Positions 50,111-62,635 of a stretch of DNA of 64,000 nt are shown here, in pieces (position 1 is the first letter of the stretch; every line of letters begins with the position of its first letter). The position numbers and the translations under genes were made by a program. Under the pieces are notes generated by a model. It saw nothing but the letters and a program-made list of their open reading frames with translations, did no database searches and was not told the origin of the DNA. Origin of the DNA: Lama guanicoe (lineage: Eukaryota); assembly GCA_013239625.1 (NCBI GenBank), contig MU053574.1, positions 186,001 to 250,000 on the forward strand, written 5' to 3'.

Positions 50111-53100
50111 CACCCCTTTTTTTATGAAGGCAGAATGCCTGAGTTCTTTATTTTTTACATTTAATTTTCTTCCTTCCTCCTTTCCTCCCTTCTTTCCTTC
50201 CTCCCTTCCTTCCTTTCTTTGTAGTCCTTATTTTCTGGTTCTCTGGTTGGGGCGAGACGGAGGCTCACCTGCTCCTCAGGGTGAGAAGCCACCTTGCTTC
50301 CTGGTGGTCCTGCTGCAGACCTCAGCTCCCTGCCCAGGCCTCACCCAGTGGCCCCACAGGCCGGAGGAAGCCGGTTCTGCAGTCCCTACCCCTACCCCGA
50401 GGCCGTTTGGGTCTCCGTGTGGCTGAGCTCTGTTACTCCAGGGCTGCTGGGAGCATTTCTGCCGCCGTTCCCCTCTCACAGCCACCACCAAATCAATAAA
50501 GCAAAGTCAAAGTAACGTAAAAGTGAGAGGCAAAATAAAGGTAAAATAAAAGTGAAGTGGAACTCAAAGAGCAAAGCAAAGGCAGGAGAGCAGGAAGGTG
50601 CATTCAGGGAGGCGTCCCCTCCCAGCCCAGCAGCCCTCAGCGCAGCGGGCTCCGTTCTCCTGGTAAAGTGTGAAGAAACGGAGAGATCATTGCTGTCTCT
50701 CGGCCTCAGTTTTTTCATTTGTAAAATGGGCAGATTTGGTAGCTGAGGTGCGGGTGGTGATGCCCTGGCCTGGTCCCTGGCGAGTGGTCACCGCGGGAAG
50801 GGGTGGCCAGGTCCCAGTGCTCCCGCAGGGCTCCGGGCGGTGCCGAGGCGAGCTGCCGCTTGTGGAAAGCCTAACGAGAGTTTCCTGAACTAGAGCGGTG
50901 CTTGACAGTAATGTAGCCGGGCGAGCCCTGAGTGGGTGGTGGTGGCGCTTCCTGCTGCTTTTTTCTCTTTTTTTCCTTCTTTTTAATTTCTTGTTTGGCA
51001 CTTCACACTTCCAGTTTGAAAAATTCTGTTTAAGGGTGCATGTGGGGTCTTAAACTGCGAACCTCAAAGCTTAGCTGGTCTCTCCTGGAATAGCAAGAGC
51101 CTGAAATTGGAGTCAGTCTCCGCCTTAACATTTTATCCCTGCTCCTCTGTGTGCCGATGGAGTTTTCCCTGTCAGACGGCCCACTGCACCCGAAGTTTTA
51201 CGTTCCAACGTCATGTCTTTGTTTTAGACGCAAGGCAGCCGACGTTAGCTGGACGGTCATCTTGGGCGCCTCCTCCTCGCCCCTTTCACCACCTCCTCCC
51301 GCCCTCCTCAGCACCCCTTTCCAGTCATTCCTGGGCCTGGCTTTCCAAGGCTGCCCTCCATGGAGCCCTTTCTCCTTTGTCCACGTTCCTCCTGCTCTGT
51401 TGCCCTCTAGCAGCTTAAGAATTCAGCCCCTCTTTGTTAGCTCGAGCTGGGGGCCGGCCTCCCATCTGTCCTCCCCCGTAGCTGGAGTCAAGGCTTCCGG
51501 CCAGACCCTCTCTCGGGCATTCGAGTCATTGAATCCCAGTGCCCACTGTTGTGAGGGGTTGATTTGTTCCCCCAGCCTCCCACCCCCATCCCCAGGCGTG
51601 GGGTTGCCAGCTCTGGAGGATGCTGGCTCCTCTTTGCCCTTTGGCTCAAGTCCCAGCCCAGAGAGGGGACGTCTCTGGGTTTCCCTCCTGTGCCCAGTCC
51701 TCCACCTATAAGTGAGGCAAAAACCTGGGAGAGGGAGTGGAGAAGACCATGCTCCTGGGATTTCTCTAGGAGTTGGGAAAGCTAGAAAGAGTGTATCCCA
51801 ACCTTGGTGGTTGGAGAAGAGGACAGGAGAGGTCTCCTGGCACCCAGCAAGCACTTCTGCTGCCCCTCCCTCCCGTGTGCAGTGGCCTGTGTTAACTGAA
51901 GCCGGGTTCTCCACCCCCTACTCACAGGGCATGGGTGTCGGGTGGGTCGGGGTTCGCTGGGACACGCGGTGGCAGGGCCGGCGGCTAGTGCAGAGGGAGC
52001 GAAGGCTCTGGGCCCCTCCCTGTAAGTGTGCACGGGAGGGAATGAGCCACCAGCACACGGGCTGGCAGCCCCTTCGCTGCGAAAAAAGCAGATTTAGTAC
52101 AAAGCGAGCGTTTACAGTAGCCCTGGGCAATATTAAAGCAGGCGATGGTGTATATAATGGTATGTTTCGTTTTTTATCAAACGTTTGTCCAAGAAAGCTG
52201 TGTATTAGAGTTCCAATACCTAAGGGTTTTCTTGTGAATTTTAAATCATGCTCCTAGTTAAACCTCAAAAGGATCTGTGGATGGAAAGGTTTTTTGATTT
52301 CCTTTGAAGTGTGTTGAAGAAGTTGATTACTCTTGGCAGTCAAGCAGCCTTTTATGACACTGTTTATAAATAATTACTCATGAGCAGGGCTGGAATTTCA
52401 AGGTGTTAGATTTTAAGAAACTGAAATTAATCACAGAAATGTGTGCAAGAAATTAGGTGGGGAGAAAGGCCGAGGATGTTCCCCTTTTAAAGTGTTTTCC
52501 TAGATGTGTACAATTTGGGTGCCACTCACAGGAGCCTGGGAGGGGAGGGTTTCCCCGGCAGCCTCGGCGCCTCATCACTTTGTCAAAATGAACGTGTGAT
52601 TTGGGAGTCAACTCATTTCCCCAAATGCTCTTGTCCCGGTGCCTCTCGCTTCTCAGTCCTGCAGGCCCTGAGCCCTGCTGGCTCTGGCCCAAGTTCTAGG
52701 GAGCTTCAGTGGAGGCCTGTGCTTAGAGCCCTGGGTAGGCAGCAGGGGTGATGGGCGTCACGCAGCACGCCTCTCCCGCCTTGACCTCCCTCCTTGCTGC
52801 TCTAACGCTGCCCCTCCCCTCAAACCTTCCATGGCACCCCAGCTCCACCCTCCGACCAGGTGTCCCCAAAGCCACCTCATTTCCAGACTCATCCTATAAG
52901 CAGTATTTTCTACCTGCTGTGGCTTCTCTCGTCTGGGTTGGAGGGCCTGGAAGGCCCTGCCCAGCTTACAAGGCCAGAGCGGGGAGTGGGCTGCCCTGGC
53001 TCCCACCCCAGAAGCTGAAAATGCCTCGTCCTCCCTGGGCCTCTGTCCTGAGCTTCAATGGTCATTTGAGCCCAGACTCTGGACAAGGTCTGGGAGGCAC

Positions 53101-55658
53101 CTGCAGAGCCTGGCTCCTGGGTGGCAGTGGCTGTGTGGCTGGTGGGGCAGCCCCATGACCCACCGATGTGAACAGCATTCCGGGCACAGGCTGCAGTGTC
53201 TGGTGCCCGGGACAGCAGTGCTGGTTCCCCCACACCACTTGGTGGCCTCGCTTGGGGCACTGTTCCTGGCAGGGGTGCCCGGGCCCGGCTCCTGCCCGTG
53301 CAGGATTCTCTGCACCACACTGGCCTTTGAATAACCCCTTTCTCTCCTCGACTCAGCCACATCTGGTTCCTGCAGCTTACACCCAAGAGTGCCAACTGGC
53401 AGGAGGTGCCTTTGTAAGGAGGTAGTAATGGTAGTGACAAAGGTGACCAAACACCCAGTGGCCACAGAGAGGGAGACAGCCGAGGAGGAGGCGGCTGCCG
53501 CAGGTCCTGCTCTGTGCACGGCTCCTCGCAGTTCTGGCTGCAGAAAAGGAAGATGAGACTTGTCCCTGCCCCCAGGGAGCCTGTGGGGACAGCGGTGCCC
53601 CACTCAGCTGCTCAGCAGGGGGACAGAACTCACCAAGGCGGCAGCAGCAGGCCGCTTAATCAGGAGTGGGAGCAAGAATCCTTGCTGGGAGGCGGGGCGC
53701 AGCTGGGGTGGGGGGCGCTGGGTGGGTGGGGGGAGGAAGACATTCCTGATGGGGGGAATGACAAGTGACGAGGCAGGAACGTGGGGAGAACGTCGTCAGG
53801 AAAAACGAGGAGGTCTAGGACCCAGGCAGAGGGTTGCTCAGGGCTCCCGGGCGAGGCGAGGCTGTATGGATTCTCAGGACACACCCCAGCCTTCTGCTGA
53901 GGTCGGGTCCCTCCGGTCCAAAAGGACTCACAGGATCACGAGCCACTTGGCCAGGAGACTCCTGGAAGCTGAGTCCACTGTACTGAGGAGGGCAGGAAGC
54001 ATGCCAGCCAAGCAAGACTTGGAGAGAAAAGTATGTGCTGGGGTCTGCCAAGCTGGAACCAGCAGCGTGAAGGTGCGCCTGGTGCCGCCTCGACCAGGAC
54101 CCTCCTGCCCCATACCCCCGATTCACCTCAGCACCCCCAGGAAAGGCTTTGGGCTTCCAAGACACAAGGTACCTACATTTCACATCAGTGGGCGATGGAC
54201 TAGCTTTACAAACGTATAGAAACACGGGCAGTGATGGTGTTGTAAAGCGGTCCACGGGGGACACGTAAAAACCCAGTAGCAGCGGAAAGCCGGGATGAGC
54301 ATCTGACACGGGTCATGTTCTGGAGGAGAGAGCAGTTCCCTCGTGGAGTCTGGAGCCGAGGACAGCCCTCCCTGCCAGTGCTCATCCAATGCCATGACCT
54401 CACTGACCTGGCCGGGGGGCCGCGGTCCATCTTGCTTTTCTCGGCAGCATTCAGCCCAGTGCTGAGCTCGGAGGAGGCGCTCAGTGAGTATTTGTGGAAT
54501 CAGTGAATTATCTTGAACCAACCTTCCATGTTTTCCCTGAAGATGAGAAGGTGCTGTGAATGTGGGCAAAAGTCCATTTAAAAACCCAAGCAGCTTGTCT
54601 GGGCATAGGTGTGCTGATCATTAAATTGTGGGCCAAACGGACACTCTTGCTCCTACTCCCTGTCCCCAAACTAGAAGACCTTCTGTGGACGAGGCTCCCC
54701 CTTGCCCCGGCAGCCAGACAGGAGCGGCCGCATGTGGAGTTCAGAGGCCCAAGTGAGCCGGAGCGCGCCTCTGTTCATCCGCGCCCTGGGTGGGGGCCGG
54801 GCCGGCGGGCAGTGGTAGAGGGCTGGCTCCGCCACCTCTGTGCTGTCTGTGCTGGGCCCCTCGCCCCCCACAGTTAGGGGAAGGGGTGACCTAGTCAAGG
54901 TGACCCTCAGGGAGGAGCCAGCATGGATTCGCCTGTCCAGACACCACATTCTGCTTCCTAAGATTTGACCCAAGCGCACGCCTTCCAGCGCTCTTCTTAA
55001 GATGCTGGTTTTTTCTTTTCCTGTGGCCAGCACCTACTTAATAGTCTGCTGGTGGCTTTAGGAATTCTGCAGCCAAGACCCTTCCCGAGCCAGGAGTCTC
55101 GCACCAAAGCCAAACCCAGCTGTTTCCATCTGCATAGAAATGCCCCATTTGGAAACAGACTTTTCCATCTGGGGTTTTATAAATCTGCCCTGGGCACTCC
55201 AGGCTTTCCCCCATTATTTCCCTCTGTAAAATGATGGGGAATACAATTTGCTAAATAAAAAGGCATAAATACTTAAAAAAAGAAACTTTGAAGGTCGATT
55301 TACATAAAATACAGCTTTATTTGAAAGCATGTCCCTGAGACAGAGTCCCTGTTTAAAATGCTTTATGGTGTTTGAAATGCCAGTTGTTCTTGATATTTAT
55401 TAGTTTGGCAAACAATTTACCATGTCCATGTCCCCTTGGAGACAGAAAAGTAAACCATCTCAGTGATCACTTACCTCTCTAAACACAGAGAGTATGTTCT
55501 GTGGCGAGAGCATCTTGGAGCCGCTGGGTTGCAAATGACCGCGTCACTCCCAGAAAATGAAATCCGGGGGAAAGAAGTAAATGCACCCAGAGCCCCGCAG
55601 GCGTGGGAGGTTGCTCTGTCATGCCGAACGGTGACATTCAAATCTCTTTATCCCACAG

Positions 55659-55708
55659 TGCCGAAGATCGTAATATTAGGTCCACCCGCCTCGGGGAAAA
55701 CCACTATA
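55659..55708 (+). CDS. AK8: AK8 exon 3 (P-loop GPPASGKT)
   Basis: cacag|(V)PKIVILGPPASGKTTI|gtaagt, 50 nt; adenylate-kinase Walker A motif. Confidence 0.96.
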
Positions 55709-57587
55709 GTAAGTGTATCATATTAAGTGTTGAAATACGGTAATGCCTCATTTATCCTGCAGAGCTGGAATGAGACTGCACCTCAGTGAATTTTCAGTGG
55801 AACTGAGCTCTTCTTCATCTTTTCTTTCTCCACCTTAACTTACTTTCTTATTACAAGAGGCAACATGTGTTCATCATAGAAAACCTGCAGAACACAAAAC
55901 CCAAAAGTACAGGTCCCCAGCCATCCAGAGAGAAGCATTCTTTTACCATTTGGGGTAAACCTTCTAGGCTTTTCTCGTGGCTACATGCACCCTGACCCTG
56001 CACACCCTTTGTGTCCTCAGGACCTGTCTGTAGAAGTAGAGGCTCTGAGTCAGACAACAGACACGTTCCAAAGGCTTCTGATATGGACTCTGCAGATTCG
56101 CTCATAACATTTCCATTATGAAATGTTTCAGCCCATCAGAAAAGCCAAGAACCTACACCGTAGATACTCGTGTGCCCAACTCCCAGGTTTTACAGGAATT
56201 TATCATTGGGCCATGTTTGCTTTGGTGATTTCCTCTCCGTTTCAAAGACAGCACAGCTTTAAAGATGCAGCGGACACCTCGTCCCCCTTCACTCACTCTG
56301 GTCTCTCTCCTTGGAGGTGACCCCCGTCCTGAAGCCGGTGGGCTTCATCCCTGTAGGGTTTTCATCTTTAAGCTCCTTTTTTTTAAGTGCCAAAAGCTTG
56401 TTCAGATTATAATCGTCTGAGATGAACTCTGTCTTTTAAAAGCCAGGTTAGAGAGCATCAGCTAACACTAGTGAGCCCTTCCTTGATGACGGTGTCATCG
56501 CTGTGAGCCCTCCTTCTGGGCCCCAATGAGCTGGCACCTGGCTTTATTCTGAGAAGGAATTAAGATGGCCGGTCCTGACACCAGACTGCCTGCATCTGCC
56601 GTGCTTTTGGAGCTAGTATTGCCAGCTGTTCCATTTACCTGTCACCTGTCTGTCCATCCACTCATCCCTCTGTCCATCTGTCTGTCTGTCTATTGCTCTG
56701 TAGTTTTTCGACTTTGTTCTCTGGGATCAGGTGGCCCCTGACCCCTGCAAGCCACCCGCCCTGGCGTTGTTTCAGTGTTAGAGCCCAGGGGCTCCCGGGC
56801 CTGGCGGTCACGAGGACTAGCTGCTGTTTCGGCTGCAAGCCTTTTGGTGACTTCGCTGTCCCTCCCCTGTCTGCTGTGTGGCAAACACAGGCTCTAATCT
56901 TACAACATGATGATCTACAGTGAAATCCACACAGCGAGCGCTCACGGGCTCTGTCCTGTATTGTTGCTGACATCCCCCAGCCCGAGGAGCAGGGAGAATT
57001 CAGGTTCATACCTGCCCCAGGGGACCTTCAGGGCCTTCTGAAGCAACTCTATGCTGAAACGGTCATCACTATAATCTTGGTATTAAGAACATTTTATTGC
57101 ACGATTGTTCCTCAAAATGTGTTCTTCCCTGGTAGAGGGTAGCTAGTGGCCGTCAGTGAACTATAAACGCTCACTCGGCCGGGATGTGTCCTCTCCCCCA
57201 GTCTTCAGGAAAAGATGGACATTGAGTTTGCGTTGTGACCCAAGGTCGGGTCTGGTCCCCGTGTTTCTTGCTTTAAACCTTTCTTGAGTTAAAAACTCAT
57301 GGTCCACAGAGCTTGAAAAGGCTTGCCGAGGGCAGTGAAGTGCAGGTTTTCCAGGCTCACTTAGAGTCAGTGGCTGGTTGAGGAGGAGAAGGCAGACAGG
57401 CAGAGTCCTGAGGCCGGGAGGGGCCCTGTGGGTTTGTCTCCCTTGGTGCCTCTTTCCAGCCAGAAACAACCGTGCTTCCCTATGGTCCCTGCTTCCTTGT
57501 AGAATTTGAAAGGCCCTGGGCATTTTAATGGAGAGCTCTTAATTACCGCTTTCACTGAAATGTTCTTTTCCTCTCTCCTTTCTTCAG

Positions 57588-57701
57588 GCCATGTGGCTTT
57601 GCAAACATCTGAATAGCAATCTTCTCAGCGTGGCGAACTTGATGGCAAAAGAATTTTCCTCTCTGGCTGCAGATGCCAGGAGGCATTATCAGAAATTCAA
57701 G
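57588..57701 (+). CDS. AK8: AK8 exon 4 (gene continues beyond window)
   Basis: ttcag|[38 protein letters not shown]|gtagga, 114 nt. Confidence 0.94.
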
Positions 57702-58299
57702 GTAGGACTGGTCCTGGGGTGCAGGAGGGGTGAGAGCTCCCGAATCTCCCCATCACCTGCCCCACCTGCTTCCCATTTCCTTTTGGATTAAGACAGAGAA
57801 AGCCCTGGGGGGAAATGAGGTACAGGCAGGACGGGACAGAAGGAAGGAGAGAATTCTTAAACAGGGCGCAGACCCTGGTGGGTACCAGGAAGAGGGGTTT
57901 GTGGTGGGAAAGCGTCATTGACAGTGGGGGTGGCGGGGGCTCCAGCCCACAGGTGATGCACCTGCCAGCTGACACCAGGATGTGCAAGCCTGAGCGGGCT
58001 GTGGGTTAGAGGGCAGCGGTCCAGCTCTCTCCAGGGTGGGAAGACCCTGTGTGCTGCAGCTCAGGGGCACTTCCTTCTGCCCCCTGGGCGCCCGAACCGG
58101 GGGGCAGCCCCCACCCACTCTGTCCCTCTTACACACATCTGTGGGGGCACCCCGGGAGGCCGGGTGTCTGTTGCTAAAGTCCTACCAATACTGTATTTGA
58201 AAGACATTTTTAAAACGGACACGTAGGGCTTGATCGTGTTGGTCCTCTTAAACACAAATGTCAAAATACCTTTCCAGATCCCCTTTGGGGCATGAACAG

Positions 58300-58605
58300 A
58301 CGTCGTAGTCCCTCAAGGCTGCTGGAACAGACTGGGTGGCTTGGAAACAGAGTTTATCTCACAGTTCTAGAGGCTGGGAAGTCCAAGACTGTGGAGCCCA
58401 CAGATTCTGTGTTGGGTGACAGCCGTCTTCTCCCTGGGCCTCACACGACGGAGGGGACAAGGGTGCTCTGGGGCCTCTTTCATAAGGGACTGATCTTATT
58501 CATGAGGCTCTGGCTCCGTCCTCATGACCTAATCATTTCCCGAAGGCCTCCCTCCTGGCACCGTCACCCTGAGCTCTGGGGGGCAGGCATTCAGACCAGA
58601 GCAGC
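58300..58605. mobile_element. MLT1-type (ERVL-MaLR) solo LTR
   Basis: actgggtggctt...tctcacagttctagaggctgggaagtccaaga...ctcatgacctaatca...attcagacc. Confidence 0.75.
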
Positions 58606-60971
58606 AGGGGATGCCCCTTCAGGAGCTCTTCCCTGACACCCAGGCTTTCCTTGTGCACGAGGGGAGGCAGCCAAGACCAGTAGGATCCTGGGGTATGCTG
58701 AGCACTGAGCTCAGTGTTGGCACTTTCCAGGCCTGCCCTCCACACCTCACTGTCTCCATGCAAGGTGTGGTATTACTTGTCAAGGTTAAGTAACTGCCAG
58801 GGCCGGGGCAGGACTCAGGCCTGTGGCCATGCTAAGCGTGGCCTCATCCGGGGCTGCCCAGGGCTCTGCCCGCCCATCGGGGTGAAATCCCCGGGTCTCC
58901 CACCAGGCTTCGCAGAGGCCTGGTTGCTGTCAGTCTTTATCTTCATTCATCTGGCAGGGTCTCTACCACATGGCCGTGTGGTCGCTGTTCCACCAAGAAC
59001 CTAGAAGGAAGTTTCCAGGCCTTGCGGGCTGCCAGTGACTGATGGGAGGTGGGACAACTCTTGAGCAGCCCTTGGTGGCAAGTAGCTGAGGTCCACCTGG
59101 GCTGCCCAGGGCAGAAAAGGGGATCTGAAGGGGCACACAGTGACTCCTGGGACCCTGGTGGAGGGGCACCCACTGCTTTGGCTCTGTGGCCGGGAGCTGG
59201 GTGGCTCCCTCTGCCCCACTGCCCACTGAGGCCACTTATCTCCTTTCTCTCTGGTTCTCGCTTCCTGTTGTCTTCTGCCTTCCTTGGCTACCACCCTGGT
59301 CCCACTTCCTGTGTCTTCAGTTCAAGCCACCTACAGAGGCAGCTCTCAGGCCAAATTTTCAGAAGAGTGATCTGCGTGGGCCAGGTGGTCTGGTGTCCCC
59401 AGGGCCGGGTCAGCCCTGGTGAGGGGTGTGCGGAGTGGGCTTGGCAAGGCCACGGGCCATGGCCATGGCCGGGAGGGCCCGGGTGGGGTGAGGGCAGTTC
59501 CTGGAGATGTGGGGTGTGACTTAGGCAAACTCCCAGCCTCAAGTTTGCTGATAATAACAATTTCATGGAAAAGAAGGAAAACCTCATTCATCAGGGTCAG
59601 CCCCCTCCACCCTCCAAATGGTGAACCAGCTCTACAACTGCTTAATCCAGAGCGCTTCCTGACCCCACGTTGCCCAGCTGGCACTCTCAGTGGGGGGGAG
59701 TGACGCCCCCGCCCCACTGCTCCCGCCACCTCGCAGGAGTCCAAGTGTACGGTTGTGGTTTGGGGGATCCCAGTTTCGGGGGTAGGAGTCTGGTTTTAGA
59801 AAGAAAGTGGTTATCTCACTTCTGCAGAAGATAAGCTTCTCAGGGTGGGGGAGGCAGGCTTATTTCTAGGATAAAGATGCTTTTATTAGGTTTATAAAAT
59901 TCAGCAGAGAGGAGGGGGTTTAGGGAAATTCCTCCTGGGTTTCATTACACTAATTATCAGCGTATTTCAGACCACATCGCAGTGCTTTCAAGGGTATCTT
60001 GTTGGGGTTCTTTGGTTCGGAAGCACGGGTGGAGGGAAGATGAAAGGCTGGGACGTCAGGACTGATCAAGGAGTAAAAGGTCCTGAAGAGCGGAGACGGG
60101 TGCGCGGCCTTGCCGTGGAGGCGGCCGCCCGGGGCCGCCCGTTCCGTGCTGTCTTTAAAGCATCTGCTGATTCGGGGCTTTATAGCTCTTCTTGCAAGTA
60201 GCACTAACACCTTCAAATGCGTAATGTTCTCCCGTTAATCTCGGCTCCGTCCTCCAGAATTCTCTTACATAGCTGGTATTGACCTAGACGTCTCCATTTT
60301 AGGAATTTCCAGAAGGTTTCTGAAATCCTCCCTAGTCACCTCCTGTATGCCAAGCACCATCCAGTGCCGGGGAGACCCCGAGATGAGGTCCTTCTCCTTG
60401 CCCTGGGAGATTCCAGCCAGTGCGGGAGACCGAGGGTCCCCAGCCCAGGACGCAGGGCCAGGAAGCCCTCATGCCAGCGGTGGCTTGGTTGACTCATTCA
60501 TTCACTCAGTAAGTGTTCTCTGAGCACCTCTAAGCCCCAGGCATGGCTCTGGGCTGGGAAGAGCGTACAGATTGCAAGATTAAGGGGCCCTGTGGAGCCA
60601 TCACCATGGTCATGCTAAACAAAGCTTTCCTAAAGGGCTCATGCTGTGGAAGAACCCAGAATCTGGCAGCGGACCACAAAACCCACGTGGGCAGGCATCA
60701 CCTGAGGATGCTGGGGTTCAAGGCAACCAGGGATGGGAAACAGCTTTTCTGTTGGTTTGTTTCTAGCTTTATTATAAGATATTGTAAAGATGTTCAGAAG
60801 CAGTGAGAATAGTAAAAGAACCATCGTGGACCCATCACCTGGCTTCAGCCAGAATCAACCCATGGCCGTCTAGCTGCGTGTATACACCCCATCTCCCCTG
60901 CTACTGGATTATTTGAAAGCAAACCCACACAGCATTTCATTTCATCCATGGATGTTCTAGTCTCTAACTGC

Positions 60972-61468
60972 TGAGAAGCCGAGAGTACAATGGTCGGACC
61001 ATATGTAAAAGTAGAGAAAAGGCCCACAGCCTGTGGTGACCAGCCCAGGAAGCCGGCGGGCTGTAAGTCAGACGTGGAAAAGTCGGACATCCACCTCTTA
61101 TTTAGTCCAGGAGGCCTGACCCCTGTAACAATCAGTCCCAATGGCCAGGGTTTGATTAATATTAAACTGCCAGCTTCCGTAATCTTTGTCCCCACTTCCA
61201 ACCTATTGCCAGAGAAGGCCAAATATGCTCCCCTAAGCAAGCCCATAGGACGCCCTGCTTCTGGCGGGCCGCCTCCGGCTCCCTCATGCCCGCAGCCTCC
61301 ACCAGGCACACCCGCGGCCTCCTTTTCCTCTGCAGAGCTGTCCTGCTCCTCCACCTGCCTTTGAGTCTCTGCCAAATGCAGGTGATGGCGGCCGGCTCCC
61401 TCACTAGAACCACCTCTGACTCGGTAAGCTTTGCTTTCCTCATTTGGTTGGTCTTTGCTTCTTTCCAC
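60972..61468 (+). mobile_element. ERV solo LTR (ERV1/MER34-like; family uncertain)
   Basis: ~500 bp; tttgtccccacttccaac...gccaaatatgctcccctaa...cctgcctttgagtctctgccaaatgc...catttggttggtctt resembles an old ERV1 LTR. Confidence 0.5.
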
Positions 61469-62589
61469 TCCCTAAAAGGTAAAGGAACTTTTTGATTAAA
61501 CACATACACACACTGTCCTGCTTAGAAAACTTATCAATATTTCTCCAGTGTCCGGTCAGGATTAAACTGTACCTGGGGGGGCAGGCGGCTCGCGGTCCTC
61601 AGCTCCTCGGCCCCTCGGCCGGCCCCAGGGCACTCGGTGTGAGCACCTCCCTTCTCTCCCCACTCTGGCCCCGCGGATGTTTCTCGTCCAAGCCGACCAA
61701 GGCCACCTTTGCGCTCTGTTGCGTCTCTTTATTTAGTTGAATTCATCTGCTCTGTCAAGTCCATTCTCCTCATCTGTTTTCTCTGGTCCAGTCTCTAAGC
61801 CTGCCACCTGAGTCACAATCACAAACACCACAAAAAGGCTCAGGTGAAGTGGGCCCTGGGGTCCGGGAGGGAGCAAGTGAGGCCAGCAGGAGCCCCCGGG
61901 TGCTGGATGCCAGGCGGTGCCCTTTCAGGTGCTGCCCCAGCACTTGCACAAACCTGAACACGAGCCCAGCCTTCGACTTGGGCCCAGGGCTCCTGGAAAG
62001 CCTCGGCCCAGTCCAGGCCCCTCTGGGGGTTCGGGAAATCAGGGGGGTCAAGACCAAGTCCTGTTGGTTTTTAATCACACAGGAGGTGATGAAGGTGAAG
62101 AGGCTCGCTGGGAGAAGGATCTTTTCCAGCAGGAGCTGGATGTGGTTTCTCTAGAGTTTTAGATTTCTAATCAAAAAAAAAAAAAAAAAAAAAAGGAAAG
62201 AAATGCTTTACTATTAAAATCCCTGCAGGAAGATTAAGTGTCTGCAAATTTACAGCTGCCTAGTTCAGAGACTCTCAGTCTTAACAGCACATTAGACTCA
62301 CCTGGGCCCCACTGAACTCAGTCTGAATCCCTGGAAGTGGGGCCAGGCGTCTGGATTTAAACAGGCTCCCTACGGAATGCTCATAGGGTCATCTGGGAAC
62401 CCACCCCAAATCCGACTCCCCGTTTCTCAGTGCAGTTATCCCTTTTACAGCACAATTACTGCTGAATCAAGGTTTCTTTGGAATGCAACTATTGCACTGG
62501 AGCCAAACAGCCTGTGTTTGTTGAATGAATAAATGACCCCTCCCCCACTTCGAAGGCTGGTCAGACCAGAAGGAGCCAAAGCTGGATTC

Positions 62590-62635
62590 TTCCTAACTTC
62601 AGTTCCATTTAATTCCTAACTTCAATTCCATTTAA
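62590..62635. repeat. 23-bp tandem duplication
   Basis: ttcctaacttcagttccatttaa / ttcctaacttcaattccatttaa (1 mismatch). Confidence 0.9.
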
